From Candidatus Tayloriibacteriota bacterium (lineage in GTDB: Bacteria; Patescibacteriota; Minisyncoccia; Phycocordibacterales; UBA6065): 64,000 nucleotides of DNA. Where the stretch lies: the NCBI GenBank assembly GCA_016215405.1, contig JACRJQ010000002.1, forward strand, positions 59,597-123,596, written 5' to 3'. The translations under genes were made by a program, and so were the position numbers. Below, one piece after another: positions 54,728 to 64,000 of the stretch (position 1 is its first letter; the number at the start of each line of letters is the position of its first letter). The notes beneath the pieces are model-generated. The model did no database searches. It was not told the origin of the DNA and saw only the letters and a program-made list of their open reading frames with translations.

Positions 54728-57346
54728 CTAGCCCTTCTTCAAGATCTTCTTGAGGTACTTTCCCGTATGGCTCTTCTCGTTCCTGGCGACGTCTTCCGGC
54801 GTCCCTTTCGCGACTATCTGTCCGCCTCCCTCCCCGCCTTCAGGACCCATGTCGATCACGTAATCGGCGCACTTGATGAGGTCGAGGTTGTGCTCGATCA
54901 CGATCACAGTGTTGCCGTGGTCTACGAGCTTTTGGAGTATCTCTATGAGCTTTCTCACATCTTCGTAGTGAAGGCCGACCGTAGGCTCGTCGAGGAGATA
55001 GACGGTGCGGTGGGTGTCGGGCCTGTAAAGCTCCGAAGATATCTTTACTCGCTGAGCCTCGCCTCCCGAAAGGGTCGTCGCCGACTGCCCGAGCTCGAGA
55101 TATCCGAGACCCACATCAGAGAGAGTCCTCATTCGGTCGTATATCGCCGGAATGTCTTCGAAGAACCTGAGGCTCTCTTCGACCGTCATCTGGAGCACCT
55201 CGTAGACGTTCTTTCCTTTGTACTCGATCTCGAGGGTCTCCTTTTGGAACCTCTTCCCCTGGCAGACCTCGCAGGGCACGTAGACCGTAGGGAGAAAATG
55301 CATCTCGACGGCTATCTCTCCGTTTCCTTGGCATGCCTCGCAACGGCCGCCTTTGACGTTGAAGGAGAATCGGTTCGACTTCCAGCCTCGAGCTCGGGCC
55401 TCTGTAGTCTCCGCGAAGAGGTCGCGCACGAACGTCCAGGCGCCGGTATAAGTCATCGGATTGGATCGCGGCGTCCTGCCTATGGGCGATTGGTCTATGA
55501 GTATGGTGCGAGAGACGTATTCGGTCCCGGTGAAAGACGCGGCGTTGAAGACCTCGTTCGTCCTGTGCCTCTTCTCGAGCCTGCCCTGGAGGTTCTTATG
55601 GATTATCTCGTAGAGGAACGAGGACTTTCCCGACCCCGAGACGCCCGTCACGCAGACGAGCTTGGCGAGAGGGATATCGGCATTGAGGTTCTTTATATTG
55701 AAGATATTGCCTCCGCGTACGGATAACTTTCCCTTGTCGTGGTTTCGGCGGGCGTCGGGAAGGTCGACCTTCATCTCGCCTCGCAGGTACGCGAGCGTAA
55801 GCGATTCCGACTTATTGTCTTTGGCCGTGAGCAAAGGCTCGAGATAGTCAGCGACGACGACGTTGCCGCCATGGATGCCCGCGCCTGGCCCGATATCGAC
55901 GATGTAGTCGGACGCGAAGATGGTGTCCTCGTCATGCTCGACCACGAGGATGGTGTTGCCGAGGTCGCGGAGGTTTAGAAGCGTCTTTATGAGACGGTCG
56001 TTATCGCGCTGATGCAGGCCGATGGTCGGCTCGTCGAGGACATAGAGCGCTCCGACGAGTCCCGATCCCAGCTGGGACGCGAGCCTGATGCGCTGGGCCT
56101 CGCCTCCGGAGAGCGTATGGGCGCGGCGGTCGAGCGTGAGGTAGTCGATCCCTACGTCGAGCATGAACTTGAGGCGAGACTCTATCTCGCGCAAGACCAC
56201 TTTCGCTATGCTCTTCTCCTTTTCGGAGAGCTCGATGTCGGCGAAATATCCGAAAGCGTCCGATATAGACATCCTTACCACGTCTACGATCGACCTCCCT
56301 CCGATAAGGACGTGAAGCGCCTCCTCGCGCAGCCTCGCCCCTTTGCATGCGTCGCAGGGCTCGTCGCCGAAGATGTATTTGGTCCCAAGGCCGTTACAGG
56401 TCGGACAAGCGCCGTAGGGCGAGTTGAACGAGAAGAGGCGCGGTTCGACCTCTGGATACGCGTATCCGTCGTACGGACACATGAATTTTACCGACATGAG
56501 GCGCTCGCCCTTAGGCTCGTCTATCTTGATGAGCCCTCCCGACTCGTGTATGGAGCGTTCGACCGCCTCGGAGAGCCTCTCGCGCACGCCCTTCGGATCG
56601 TTCTTGAATTCGCTTATGTAGAACTCGTCGACGAGGAGGTCGATGTCGTGCTTCTTGTTCTTGTCGAGCTCGATCCTCTCACGGAGCTTCTTTACCTGGC
56701 CGTCGACCTTCACGGTCTCGTAGCCTTTGCCGAGATAGTCGTAGAGCATCTGGTAGTATTCCCCCTTTCGCCCGACCACGAGCGGCGCGAATATTCGGAC
56801 CTTATCCTTGTCGACAGGGACCCCCATGACCTTCACCCCTTTATCGCCGGCTCTGTCCGCCTTGGCATGGGTAACGCTCTCGATTATGGTCTCGAGTATC
56901 TCTTCGTTAGAGAGCCTCTTTATCTCGCGGTCGCAGATGAGGCAGTGCGGCCTCCCGACGCGGGCGAAGAGAACTCGGAGATAGTCGTATATCTCGGTGA
57001 TAGTGGCGACCGTCGAGCGCGGATTGTTCGAGCGGGATTTCTGGTCTATGGATATGGCCGGAGAAAGCCCCGCTATCTCGTCGACGTCGGGCTTTTGCAT
57101 CTGGCGAAGGAACTGTCGAGCATACGAGGAGAGCGATTCGACGTAGCGGCGCTGCCCTTCGGCGAAGATGGTATCGAAGGCGAGAGACGACTTTCCCGAC
57201 CCAGAAAGGCCTGTGAACACGACCATCTTGTTGCGAGGCATCTCGACCGTTATGTTCTTGAGGTTGTGGGTGCGCGCTCCCTTTACGACGAGCTTGTCGG
57301 CTCCCGGATTAAAGTCGGCTTTCGAGGTCTTTTTGGCGGCAGACAT
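54728..57346 (-). CDS. uvrA: excinuclease ABC subunit A
   Basis: 872 aa with two ABC ATPase modules (GLSGSGKSS, GVSGSGKSS) and zinc-finger CxxC pairs. Confidence 0.92.
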   Translation of the reverse strand: MSAAKKTSKADFNPGADKLVVKGARTHNLKNITVEMPRNKMVVFTGLSGSGKSSLAFDTIFAEGQRRYVESLSSYARQFLRQMQKPDVDEIAGLSPAISIDQKSRSNNPRSTVATITEIYDYLRVLFARVGRPHCLICDREIKRLSNEEILETIIESVTHAKADRAGDKGVKVMGVPVDKDKVRIFAPLVVGRKGEYYQMLYDYLGKGYETVKVDGQVKKLRERIELDKNKKHDIDLLVDEFYISEFKNDPKGVRERLSEAVERSIHESGGLIKIDEPKGERLMSVKFMCPYDGYAYPEVEPRLFSFNSPYGACPTCNGLGTKYIFGDEPCDACKGARLREEALHVLIGGRSIVDVVRMSISDAFGYFADIELSEKEKSIAKVVLREIESRLKFMLDVGIDYLTLDRRAHTLSGGEAQRIRLASQLGSGLVGALYVLDEPTIGLHQRDNDRLIKTLLNLRDLGNTILVVEHDEDTIFASDYIVDIGPGAGIHGGNVVVADYLEPLLTAKDNKSESLTLAYLRGEMKVDLPDARRNHDKGKLSVRGGNIFNIKNLNADIPLAKLVCVTGVSGSGKSSFLYEIIHKNLQGRLEKRHRTNEVFNAASFTGTEYVSRTILIDQSPIGRTPRSNPMTYTGAWTFVRDLFAETTEARARGWKSNRFSFNVKGGRCEACQGNGEIAVEMHFLPTVYVPCEVCQGKRFQKETLEIEYKGKNVYEVLQMTVEESLRFFEDIPAIYDRMRTLSDVGLGYLELGQSATTLSGGEAQRVKISSELYRPDTHRTVYLLDEPTVGLHYEDVRKLIEILQKLVDHGNTVIVIEHNLDLIKCADYVIDMGPEGGEGGGQIVAKGTPEDVARNEKSHTGKYLKKILKKG

Positions 57347-57465
57347 GGCAGATATATAGGTTTCTCCCCCAGGATGGGTACCTGGGGTTAGTACGGAGAG
57401 TCTAGCAGATTAAGGTCTCGATTTCCATACTGCTCGCCGTTCTAGACCCCAAACAAAGATTCAGA

Positions 57466-57537
57466 CACTTTCTCTCCCCACTCCCTCTTCCACCACCCCA
57501 CCACCCCCTTTTTCCTCTCACTTTCTCTTCTCCTCCC
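57466..57537. repeat. ~70-bp polypyrimidine (top) / polypurine (minus) low-complexity tract upstream of uvrA
   Basis: TCTCTCCCCACTCCCTCTTCCACCACCCCACCACCCCCTTTTTCCTCTCACTTTCTCTTCTCCTCCC. Confidence 0.8.
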
Positions 57538-57549
57538 AAAAAGATCCGC

Positions 57550-57585
57550 GCTAAAAACAGTATCATATATGATACTGTTTTTAGC
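57550..57585. repeat. perfect palindrome, copy 3 (gc-TAAAAACAGTATCATATATGATACTGTTTTTA-gc)
   Basis: The core 57552-57583 is identical to copies 1 and 2; it lies 40 bp downstream of the esterase gene and upstream of uvrA. Confidence 0.9.
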
Positions 57586-57623
57586 CCTCTATTCGACGAC
57601 CCCCCAGGCGGATCAGGTTCAAG

Positions 57624-58241
57624 CTAGACGAGCGATTTGATGTCGCGGACAAGCTCGGGGAAATGCTCCTGCCTGAAATGTCCTCCCTCTTTGAATATGA
57701 CAAGCTTTGCCTTAGGAAGCAGCTTCGCATATCTTCTCGCGTGAGAAAGCGGAACCACCTTATCATCCTCGCTTTGATAGATAGATACCTTAGGAACTTG
57801 ATTTTCGAGCCTTCGAAGAGATTTCGGTAGGACCCAACCTGAAATCGCATCGGCCCCCTTATCTTTTTGAGAAAAATAAGGCGCGACAAGATAAAGAGCC
57901 CTCGCGCGCACGGGCAATGCGTTCTCGCTAAGATAACGAGCGAGAAATATGCCTCCAAGGGAATGCCCCACGAGCGTAACGCCGTCTTCAGCGAACTTTA
58001 ACGCCTTATCGAACCACACTTTCCATTCCTCATACCTCGCATGGATCGCCAGCGGCATTTTGGGAGCGAGCACTTCAAATCCTTCTCCGAGATCGGACTG
58101 AAGATTATCCTTCCATCTCTTCGTACCGACAGGTAGAAGATCCTCTTTTTCGATGCCTTCCTTTTTGAGAGCCGCGAAAAATTTTTGCCGCGACTCATAA
58201 AAGTCGCCGCCGTGTATGACGATGAGCTGGCGCTTCTTCAT
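57624..58241 (-). CDS. alpha/beta-fold serine hydrolase (RBBP9/YdeN-like esterase)
   Basis: 205 aa with the nucleophile elbow VGHSLGG. Confidence 0.7.
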   Translation of the reverse strand: MKKRQLIVIHGGDFYESRQKFFAALKKEGIEKEDLLPVGTKRWKDNLQSDLGEGFEVLAPKMPLAIHARYEEWKVWFDKALKFAEDGVTLVGHSLGGIFLARYLSENALPVRARALYLVAPYFSQKDKGADAISGWVLPKSLRRLENQVPKVSIYQSEDDKVVPLSHARRYAKLLPKAKLVIFKEGGHFRQEHFPELVRDIKSLV

Positions 58242-58242
58242 C

Positions 58243-58632
58243 TTACTTAGCCGCTATCTTCTCTATCTCAGGGACGATCTCGTCGAGGCCGACCGCAGCC
58301 TTTACGATGAACTTCGCGGCTCCGAGCTCCTTGGCTCTCTGTATCTCTTTCTCCTGGCCCAAGTTCGAGAGCACGAGGACAGGGATGTGCCTGGTCTCTG
58401 CGTTCTCCTTGAGCCTCTTCAATATCTCGAGCCCGTCGAGATTCGGCATGAGGAGGTCGAGTATGACGATGTCGGGCTTCTCCGCCTTCACGGCGTCGAC
58501 CGCCTTTGCCCCATCGGTGACCTGCACGAGCTTGGCGCCCGTCTCGCTCATGCGCTTCTCGATAAGCGATACGAGGAATTTATCGTCCTCGACCCAGACT
58601 ATCTTGGCTCCGTTCAGATTGTTCTCTTTCAT
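58243..58632 (-). CDS. single-domain response regulator (CheY-like receiver)
   Basis: VEDD acidic pocket, phospho-acceptor D in IVILDLLMP, conserved S (VLSN) and K (FIVKA). Confidence 0.8.
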   Translation of the reverse strand: MKENNLNGAKIVWVEDDKFLVSLIEKRMSETGAKLVQVTDGAKAVDAVKAEKPDIVILDLLMPNLDGLEILKRLKENAETRHIPVLVLSNLGQEKEIQRAKELGAAKFIVKAAVGLDEIVPEIEKIAAK

Positions 58633-58647
58633 GGCGTTAAGTATAAC

Positions 58648-60729
58648 CTATTCCGAATCCCGTTTTTTCCCCGACAGCCTCTTCGACTTGTCGACCTTCG
58701 GCTTTACCGGCTCAAGGCCCGCGAGCTTGTCATAGAGGGCTGAGATCTCGTCTCGCAGTATTGCGGCGGTCTCGAAGTCGAGCACCTTTACGGCCTCGTT
58801 CATCGCAGCCTCCTTCTTCTGTATGACCGCCTTAGGATCTTTCGCGAATTCGACCTCGTCTATGCGCAGCTCCTCCGCCACGGCCTTCTTGTGCTCCGTC
58901 TGAAGCTGGTCGGTGATGTCTTTGATAGCCTTCATGATCGTCTTCGGCGTGATGCCGTGCTTCTCGTTGTGCGCCTCCTGTATCGCGCGGCGACGGTTCG
59001 TCTCTTTGACCGCGCGCTCTACGGATCCAGTCATGACGTCGGCATATATGAGGACCCGGCCCTCGACGTTTCGCGCGGCGCGACCGATGATCTGGATAAG
59101 AGACGTCTCTGAGCGCAAAAAACCCTCCTTGTCGGCGTCGAGGATGCCGATGAGCGCGACCTCGGGCAGGTCGAGGCCTTCTCGCAATAGGTTTACTCCC
59201 ACGAGCACGTCGAACTTCCCGCGGCGGAATTCCGTGAGTATGTTTATGCGGTCGATCGTCTTTATGTCGCTGTGGAGATATTCGGACTTGATCTTCCTCT
59301 CTTTGAGGTAATCGACGAGATCCTCGGCCATCTTCTTCGTGAGAGTCGTGAGGATGACGCGGAAGCCCGCTTTGATGGTCTTCTCCGCCTCCGCGATGGA
59401 GTCGGCGATCTGGCCCTTGAAAGCGCCCTTCTCGGTGACGGGGCGTATCTCGACTACCGGATCGAGGAGGCCTGTCGGACGGATGACCTGCTCGACGACC
59501 TGGGTGCTATTCTCCTTCTCGAAAGCGCCCGGCGTCGCCGATGTGTAGATGGCCTGACCGACCCTCTCTTCGAACTCTTCGAATCGCAACGGCCTATTAT
59601 CCTGCGCCGAAGGGAGCCTGAATCCGTGCTCCACCAAGGTCTTTTTGCGCGATTGGTCGCCCGCGAACATGCCTCCGAGCTGGGGTATCGTGACGTGCGA
59701 TTCGTCTATCACCGTAAGAAAATCAGGAGAGCCGTCAGGCTTTCGCGGGAAATACGAGAGGAGCGTGTCAGGCGGCTCTCCCGGAAGCTTTCCCGAAAAA
59801 TGCCTCGAATAGTTCTCGATTCCCGAGCAATATCCGACCTCTCGGATCATGGCGAGGTCGTAATTCGTGCGGCGCTTTAGGCGCTCCGCTTCGAGAAGCT
59901 TACCTTCGGCTTGGAGCTCTTTGAGCCTTGCCTCGAGCTCGGCCTTTATGGTCTTAAATGCCCTCTCCGCTTCCTCTTTTTCGGTGATGAAGTGCTTGGC
60001 CGGGAAAAGGAAAAAAGCGTCGAGCTCCTTTTGTAGCGCGCGGGTGACCGGATCGATCTGATCGATGCGGCCTATGGAATCGCCTTCGAACGATATCCTG
60101 TAGACGACCTTGTCGTTCACCGGCATCACTTCGATCATGTTCCCCACCGCTCGAAGCGTCCCCGGCTCGAGATCGGCGTTCGTCCTCTCGAAATGGATCC
60201 CTATCATGCGGCGGATCATCTCCGCCCTGTCGGCCTTCATCCCCTTTTTCACTTTGAGATTCACCTTCTCGTAGTTCTCCGGTGAGCCGAGACCGTAGAT
60301 ACAAGAGACGGAGGCGACGATTATCACGTCCTTGCGCGTGAGGAGCGCCTGAGTCGAGGCGTGTCGCAGCCTCTCTATCTCCTCGTTTATCATCGACTCT
60401 TTCTCGATATAGGTGTCGGTCACCGGCATATAGGCTTCCGGCTGATAGTAGTCGTAATACGATACGAAATAATGGACGGCGTTCTCCGGAAAGAACTCCC
60501 TGTACTCCTGCGCGAGCTGGGCGGCCAAGGTCTTGTTGTGGGCGATGACGAGGGTAGGCTTTCCTATCTGAGCGATGACGTTCGCGGCGGTGAACGTCTT
60601 TCCCGAGCCCGTCACGCCCAAGAGGGTCTGATGGCGCGCGCCCGACCTAAGCCCCTTTACGAGAGACTCTATCGCTTTGGGCTGGTCGCCCGCTGGCCGA
60701 AACTGCGTATTTATCTTGAACGCTTGCAT
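58648..60729 (-). CDS. uvrB: excinuclease ABC subunit B
   Basis: Helicase motifs GVTGSGKTFT and DESH, and a C-terminal UVR domain. Confidence 0.92.
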   Translation of the reverse strand: MQAFKINTQFRPAGDQPKAIESLVKGLRSGARHQTLLGVTGSGKTFTAANVIAQIGKPTLVIAHNKTLAAQLAQEYREFFPENAVHYFVSYYDYYQPEAYMPVTDTYIEKESMINEEIERLRHASTQALLTRKDVIIVASVSCIYGLGSPENYEKVNLKVKKGMKADRAEMIRRMIGIHFERTNADLEPGTLRAVGNMIEVMPVNDKVVYRISFEGDSIGRIDQIDPVTRALQKELDAFFLFPAKHFITEKEEAERAFKTIKAELEARLKELQAEGKLLEAERLKRRTNYDLAMIREVGYCSGIENYSRHFSGKLPGEPPDTLLSYFPRKPDGSPDFLTVIDESHVTIPQLGGMFAGDQSRKKTLVEHGFRLPSAQDNRPLRFEEFEERVGQAIYTSATPGAFEKENSTQVVEQVIRPTGLLDPVVEIRPVTEKGAFKGQIADSIAEAEKTIKAGFRVILTTLTKKMAEDLVDYLKERKIKSEYLHSDIKTIDRINILTEFRRGKFDVLVGVNLLREGLDLPEVALIGILDADKEGFLRSETSLIQIIGRAARNVEGRVLIYADVMTGSVERAVKETNRRRAIQEAHNEKHGITPKTIMKAIKDITDQLQTEHKKAVAEELRIDEVEFAKDPKAVIQKKEAAMNEAVKVLDFETAAILRDEISALYDKLAGLEPVKPKVDKSKRLSGKKRDSE

Positions 60730-60833
60730 GTGAGGATACTACGAGACATCCACTATATCGCGGCCTCATCAAATACAAAAGCCCGGCCACAGCCCTGTCC
60801 CACAGGCCCTATTTTCCATATTTACACACATCT

Positions 60834-60862
60834 TTGACTAAGTATCAAATATGTGCTATTAT
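60834..60862 (+). promoter_or_regulatory. sigma-70-like promoter TTGACT-N17-TATTAT
   Basis: It lies upstream of the plus-strand ORF at 60923. Confidence 0.45.
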
Positions 60863-60922
60863 TAAATAGATTCCCTCGGATTTTCTTGAACCTTAAACCC
60901 CAACCACCATTCCCCTACTCTT

Positions 60923-61930
60923 ATGAGCCCTGTCAGAAAAACCGCCCCGACCGGCGCTACGGTCGAAATCACGCGAGGCATGCCTGAACAGCACGTCGCT
61001 CGCTTTCTCGAAAAGATGCTCGACCATCTCAAGCTCACGGGGAGCTTCCAGCTCCACGTGCAGCAAAAGATCAAGGGCAGCGAACACCACCGCGGCGCGG
61101 AATGCGAAGGTATCGTCCAATACAACGCAGTCCGCCTAAAGGTCCAGACCAGCGACAACGGTTCCCGCTACCTCTGCTACCTCCGTTCGGAGGAGATGAA
61201 GCCGCGAGACCTAAGCAGCCGGATCATGAGCATCCTCCCTGGAGGCTGCTTCGATGAGAGCATGCTCAAGCCCAAGGAACGCCCCGCGGACGCCGCCGAC
61301 GCGCAAGCGCCGGCAGCAGAAGCGGCGCCGAGCGCTCCGAAAGAGAAGGTGTCTCTCTCGGGCGTCGCGGACGACCCAATCCAAGTCGCGATGTTCCTGA
61401 TCTCGATCAGGCTCAAGCACGGCATGGATTCGTTCGACACGAAGTCCTTCATGGGCATCGCGCGCGAATACGCCCCGACGGCCAACAAGGCGACGACGAG
61501 CCAGCTGTTGCGGCGGATCGTCGCGAACGGCTACCTCTCGACGGAAGGCGACGGCCTGAAAAAGCGCTATCGCTTCTCGCCCGAAGGCGTGCGTCTCCTC
61601 GCGGAACATGACAAGTTCGTAGCGGAGAGCGCCCGGACGGCTCTCAACGTCACGGACACGAACGCTCTCTCAGAGCAGTTCGTGGCGCTCGAGGCCCGGG
61701 CCCGCCAGCATGCAGAGGCGGCCCAGCGGCTGGTGGACCTCAACTCCGAGATCGGAAGCGAGACCTGTCGCATCGAGGAGATCGAGCGCCAGCTCGAAGC
61801 GGCGAAGGCCCGCCGCGAGGATCTGCGAAAGCAGGCTTCCGCGGAGCAAAAGATCATCGAAGACCCGGCCCTCACGGCGGCGCTCGCGAACTATCAGGCG
61901 GTCCAAAAGATCCTGAAGTCCACGAGCTGA
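60923..61930 (+). CDS. hypothetical protein with Ala/Pro-rich linker and C-terminal coiled coil
   Basis: 335 aa; GC-richer codon usage than neighbouring genes; it has its own promoter and the terminator at 61951-61987. Confidence 0.5.
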   Translation: MSPVRKTAPTGATVEITRGMPEQHVARFLEKMLDHLKLTGSFQLHVQQKIKGSEHHRGAECEGIVQYNAVRLKVQTSDNGSRYLCYLRSEEMKPRDLSSRIMSILPGGCFDESMLKPKERPADAADAQAPAAEAAPSAPKEKVSLSGVADDPIQVAMFLISIRLKHGMDSFDTKSFMGIAREYAPTANKATTSQLLRRIVANGYLSTEGDGLKKRYRFSPEGVRLLAEHDKFVAESARTALNVTDTNALSEQFVALEARARQHAEAAQRLVDLNSEIGSETCRIEEIERQLEAAKARREDLRKQASAEQKIIEDPALTAALANYQAVQKILKSTS

Positions 61931-61950
61931 CCGAAGACGAGCCGGCTGCA

Positions 61951-61987
61951 AGCCCGCGACCACTACACGTAGTCGCGGGCTTTTTTA
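61951..61987 (+). terminator. intrinsic terminator
   Basis: AGCCCGCGAC-(11-nt loop)-GTCGCGGGCT followed by TTTTTT. Confidence 0.65.
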
Positions 61988-61990
61988 TCC

Positions 61991-62021
61991 AAAACAAAAC
62001 AGGCGCGAGGGGTCGCGCCTG
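61991..62021 (-). terminator. intrinsic terminator for the convergent minus-strand gene
   Basis: CAGGCGCGA-GGGG-TCGCGCCTG; on the minus strand it is followed by TTTTGTTTTGG. Confidence 0.6.
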
Positions 62022-62052
62022 TCGTAAATTCGTTTCAGGGTTTCCGAGATGA

Positions 62053-62550
62053 TCAGGACGGCCAGGGGGCGGGCATGGGCGGAAGGCACATGACCGTCTG
62101 GTCTTTGCGGTGCCGCGGCGCCTCAGTCCTGGCGCTCTGCGGCGGCCGATATCCCCGGGAGAGAAGGCGCGGAGCTTCGACGTCGGAGTCTTTCTCGCGC
62201 GCCGCCTTCTGGAGCATCTGCTTTGCCTTCTTCCAAGAGACGTCTTCGGGCTTGCGGCCGCCGAAGAATTCGAAGACGGCCCGCTTGATCCCGGCCCAAG
62301 AGCGCCGCTCCTTGTGCCGGCGCGACTCGCTCTTGGCGAAATCCTCCAAAAGAAGGAGGATGTCCTCCGTCTTCGAGAATCGGACTTCCGTGCGGACGGT
62401 CTGGCCTTCGACTTCTGCCCAAAAGGCTTGGCCGTGCGCGAAACCTTCGGTCGGAACATGGAAGCCATGCTCCGCGCACCAGATCTTGACGTCGGCGATG
62501 CCTTTGCGTTTCGGATTCTTCCTGCGATATACGGCGATAACTGTGTCCAT
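62053..62550 (-). CDS. hypothetical protein
   Basis: 165 aa; the stop lies immediately upstream of the minus-strand terminator; several overlapping alternate-frame ORFs exist in this GC-rich stretch. Confidence 0.4.
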   Translation of the reverse strand: MDTVIAVYRRKNPKRKGIADVKIWCAEHGFHVPTEGFAHGQAFWAEVEGQTVRTEVRFSKTEDILLLLEDFAKSESRRHKERRSWAGIKRAVFEFFGGRKPEDVSWKKAKQMLQKAAREKDSDVEAPRLLSRGYRPPQSARTEAPRHRKDQTVMCLPPMPAPWPS

Positions 62551-62664
62551 GAGGTAATGATGTTCGTTGTTGGTTTTGAAGCCGAACTCTCGCTCGAGAG
62601 CTCGCCAAGAGGCCCTTACAGGCTCCTAGGCGAGCCCTCGAGGCTTGAAGAAGCATCGAGGGGG

Positions 62665-62907
62665 TCAGTCATTCGCATTTCGGGCGCTTCCGGAGCGGAA
62701 CACTCGGTCGAGAAGATTCACGGGGGTCGGGATGCCGGCGAGCGTGTTCGCGACGACGACTCCGTCCCCTCTCTTCCAGACTTGCCTTCCCCAGACTACA
62801 GGGTAAGCGGCTCTCAACTGCCTTACGGCGCCGAGGGTGCGGGATACTGGCCTTTTTGACTCAGGATTCATGGTTACCTCCTTTCCTGAACGTGCATGTG
62901 CGGACAA
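62665..62907 (-). CDS. hypothetical small protein
   Basis: 80 aa; weak support. Confidence 0.2.
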   Translation of the reverse strand: MSAHARSGKEVTMNPESKRPVSRTLGAVRQLRAAYPVVWGRQVWKRGDGVVVANTLAGIPTPVNLLDRVFRSGSARNAND

Positions 62908-63121
62908 AGAACGAACCGAGCCCTCGTTCGAGGGCTCGGTTCTGATTTCGTGGGGATAGTTTTGAGATTATCGCACAAAGTCACAACTGAGGCCTCGAAC
63001 TCGCGTCCTAAGGACCTTCGTAATGTGATTAAACTTTGCGCAATAATTCTTCATTGCCCCATAACGATACGCCAGAAAGGGGTTTCCCGCAAGGGCCGGC
63101 TGTTGATATCTGCGCGAAAGA

Positions 63122-63155
63122 AAAAGGCCCCGAGCGTTCTCAGGGCCCTCGAATC
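63122..63155 (-). terminator. intrinsic terminator
   Basis: Imperfect GGCCCCGAG/CTCAGGGCC hairpin; on the minus strand it is followed by TTTTTCTTTCG, just after the stop of the 63169..63459 gene. Confidence 0.45.
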
Positions 63156-63168
63156 GGCGCTACCGATC

Positions 63169-63459
63169 TCAAAAGCTGGCGATCCCTCTCGATTCGAGGA
63201 CCCGCCTGTAGGGCCCGAGGTCGAGCCCTATCGGGTGCCACACCTGGTATACGCCGTTGTAGACGAGAGTCACATCTTGGCCGTTCTGACCTATGACGTA
63301 TCCGTATTGGCCAGCGACGGGATTCTCGTATGGTTTAGCGTATGTTCTGTCCTTGAACACCGTCTTCTGCGAGAGCTCTCCTCCGAATAAGATCCATTGA
63401 TTCATCATCTCGGTCCCCTTTTTGGTTGTTTCTATGCTGGGATTTCTGCTCGCGGGCAT
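63169..63459 (-). CDS. hypothetical small protein
   Basis: 96 aa (or 79 aa from MMNQWILFGG at 63408), followed by the terminator. Confidence 0.4.
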   Translation of the reverse strand: MPASRNPSIETTKKGTEMMNQWILFGGELSQKTVFKDRTYAKPYENPVAGQYGYVIGQNGQDVTLVYNGVYQVWHPIGLDLGPYRRVLESRGIASF

Positions 63460-64000
63460 ATGCCTGCGAACCCTTGTACTACGAGCCCTGCCGTCCTCCT
63501 TGTTGCCTTAAGCAACAAAAAGCCCGGAAGCGCGCGTAGACGCGCCCCCGGGCTGACCAAAAACATGGAATGAAAGGTCTACGAGACCCTACCTGATTTA
63601 GACCTTTAAGATCCCCGCCAGAAATTGGGACCTCGGCTTGAAGCGGTCAGTTAGACTTCGCGCGCGAGCGCTCCGTCAAGTAGACCAGCATTTGGCCGGA
63701 CGAACTATCGGTTAGACGCAGCTGCTATTGCCTCTGCGAATCTCCGACAACCGGACTGTCTCGTGGTGACCCGACCCGCGCTTTACCGGCGCGGGCGGAT
63801 AGGGCCAATGCCTTGCAGCAAGGGCAACCTGATCATTCCACTTCCATTTCCATGTTTTTTCATGTCGTTTCTTTGTTTTTTGTTGCGGACATGCGCCGAA
63901 GCGCATGCCAAATTGGTGATAAACAAAAGAAACAAGAACGGCCTCGATCAATTCTAATCCCTTAAACCGATTTGTAAAGATATGAAAGGGCCGTGCTCGG

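Noticed and set aside
62110-62859. 249-aa plus-strand and 177-aa minus-strand ORFs
   Set aside because: They overlap each other and the 62053..62550 ORF in a GC-rich stretch; only the frame ending at the minus-strand terminator was kept, at low confidence.
63480-63960. hairpin-rich segment at the window end (possible tmRNA/RNase P/SRP RNA)
   Set aside because: No tmRNA tag-plus-tRNA-like end, RNase P (AGGAAAGTCCGGGC) or SRP signatures were found; the function is unknown and the segment is cut by the window edge.
1-64000. CRISPR arrays, rRNA genes, transposases/integrases
   Set aside because: No direct-repeat/spacer periodicity, no rRNA-like conserved stretches, and no DDE or tyrosine-recombinase motifs were seen in any frame.

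Overview
This window is about 60% GC and densely packed. Most genes sit on the minus strand with short spacers or overlaps, and hairpin terminators are frequent. The content is mainly housekeeping: a grpE-dnaK-dnaJ chaperone locus, an infA-rpmJ-rpsM-rpsK-rpsD-rpoA-rplQ-rplM-rpsI ribosomal/RNA polymerase cluster, and the synthetases alaS and leuS plus adk. It also holds the three nucleotide-excision-repair genes (uvrB, uvrA, uvrC), a glycogen cluster (GH57, glgA, HAD-glucan phosphorylase fusion), ddl, mltG, mnmA, ychF and zwf. There are five tRNAs (Thr, and three isoacceptors of Ala flanking a Val) and a type IV pilin. Several proteins look truncated or fused (AlaRS lacking the C-Ala domain, a short UvrC, sigma-70 region-4-only protein, cupin-type PGI), which would fit a streamlined, possibly CPR/Patescibacteria-like bacterium; that placement is inference only. 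The strongest novel observations are: (1) leuS carries a complete NUDIX hydrolase domain inserted after a shortened CP1 editing region; (2) an operon encoding an ATP-cone/Mrr-type endonuclease fusion, a Cas4-like Fe-S nuclease, MGMT and a family-4 UDG; (3) an identical 32-bp perfect palindrome present three times, each just 3' of a minus-strand gene; (4) a translationally coupled UmuD-like S24 peptidase + DinB cassette; (5) a candidate small RNA with a consensus promoter and strong terminator; (6) a low-GC mosaic patch inside alaS. No CRISPR array, rRNA or clear transposase was seen.
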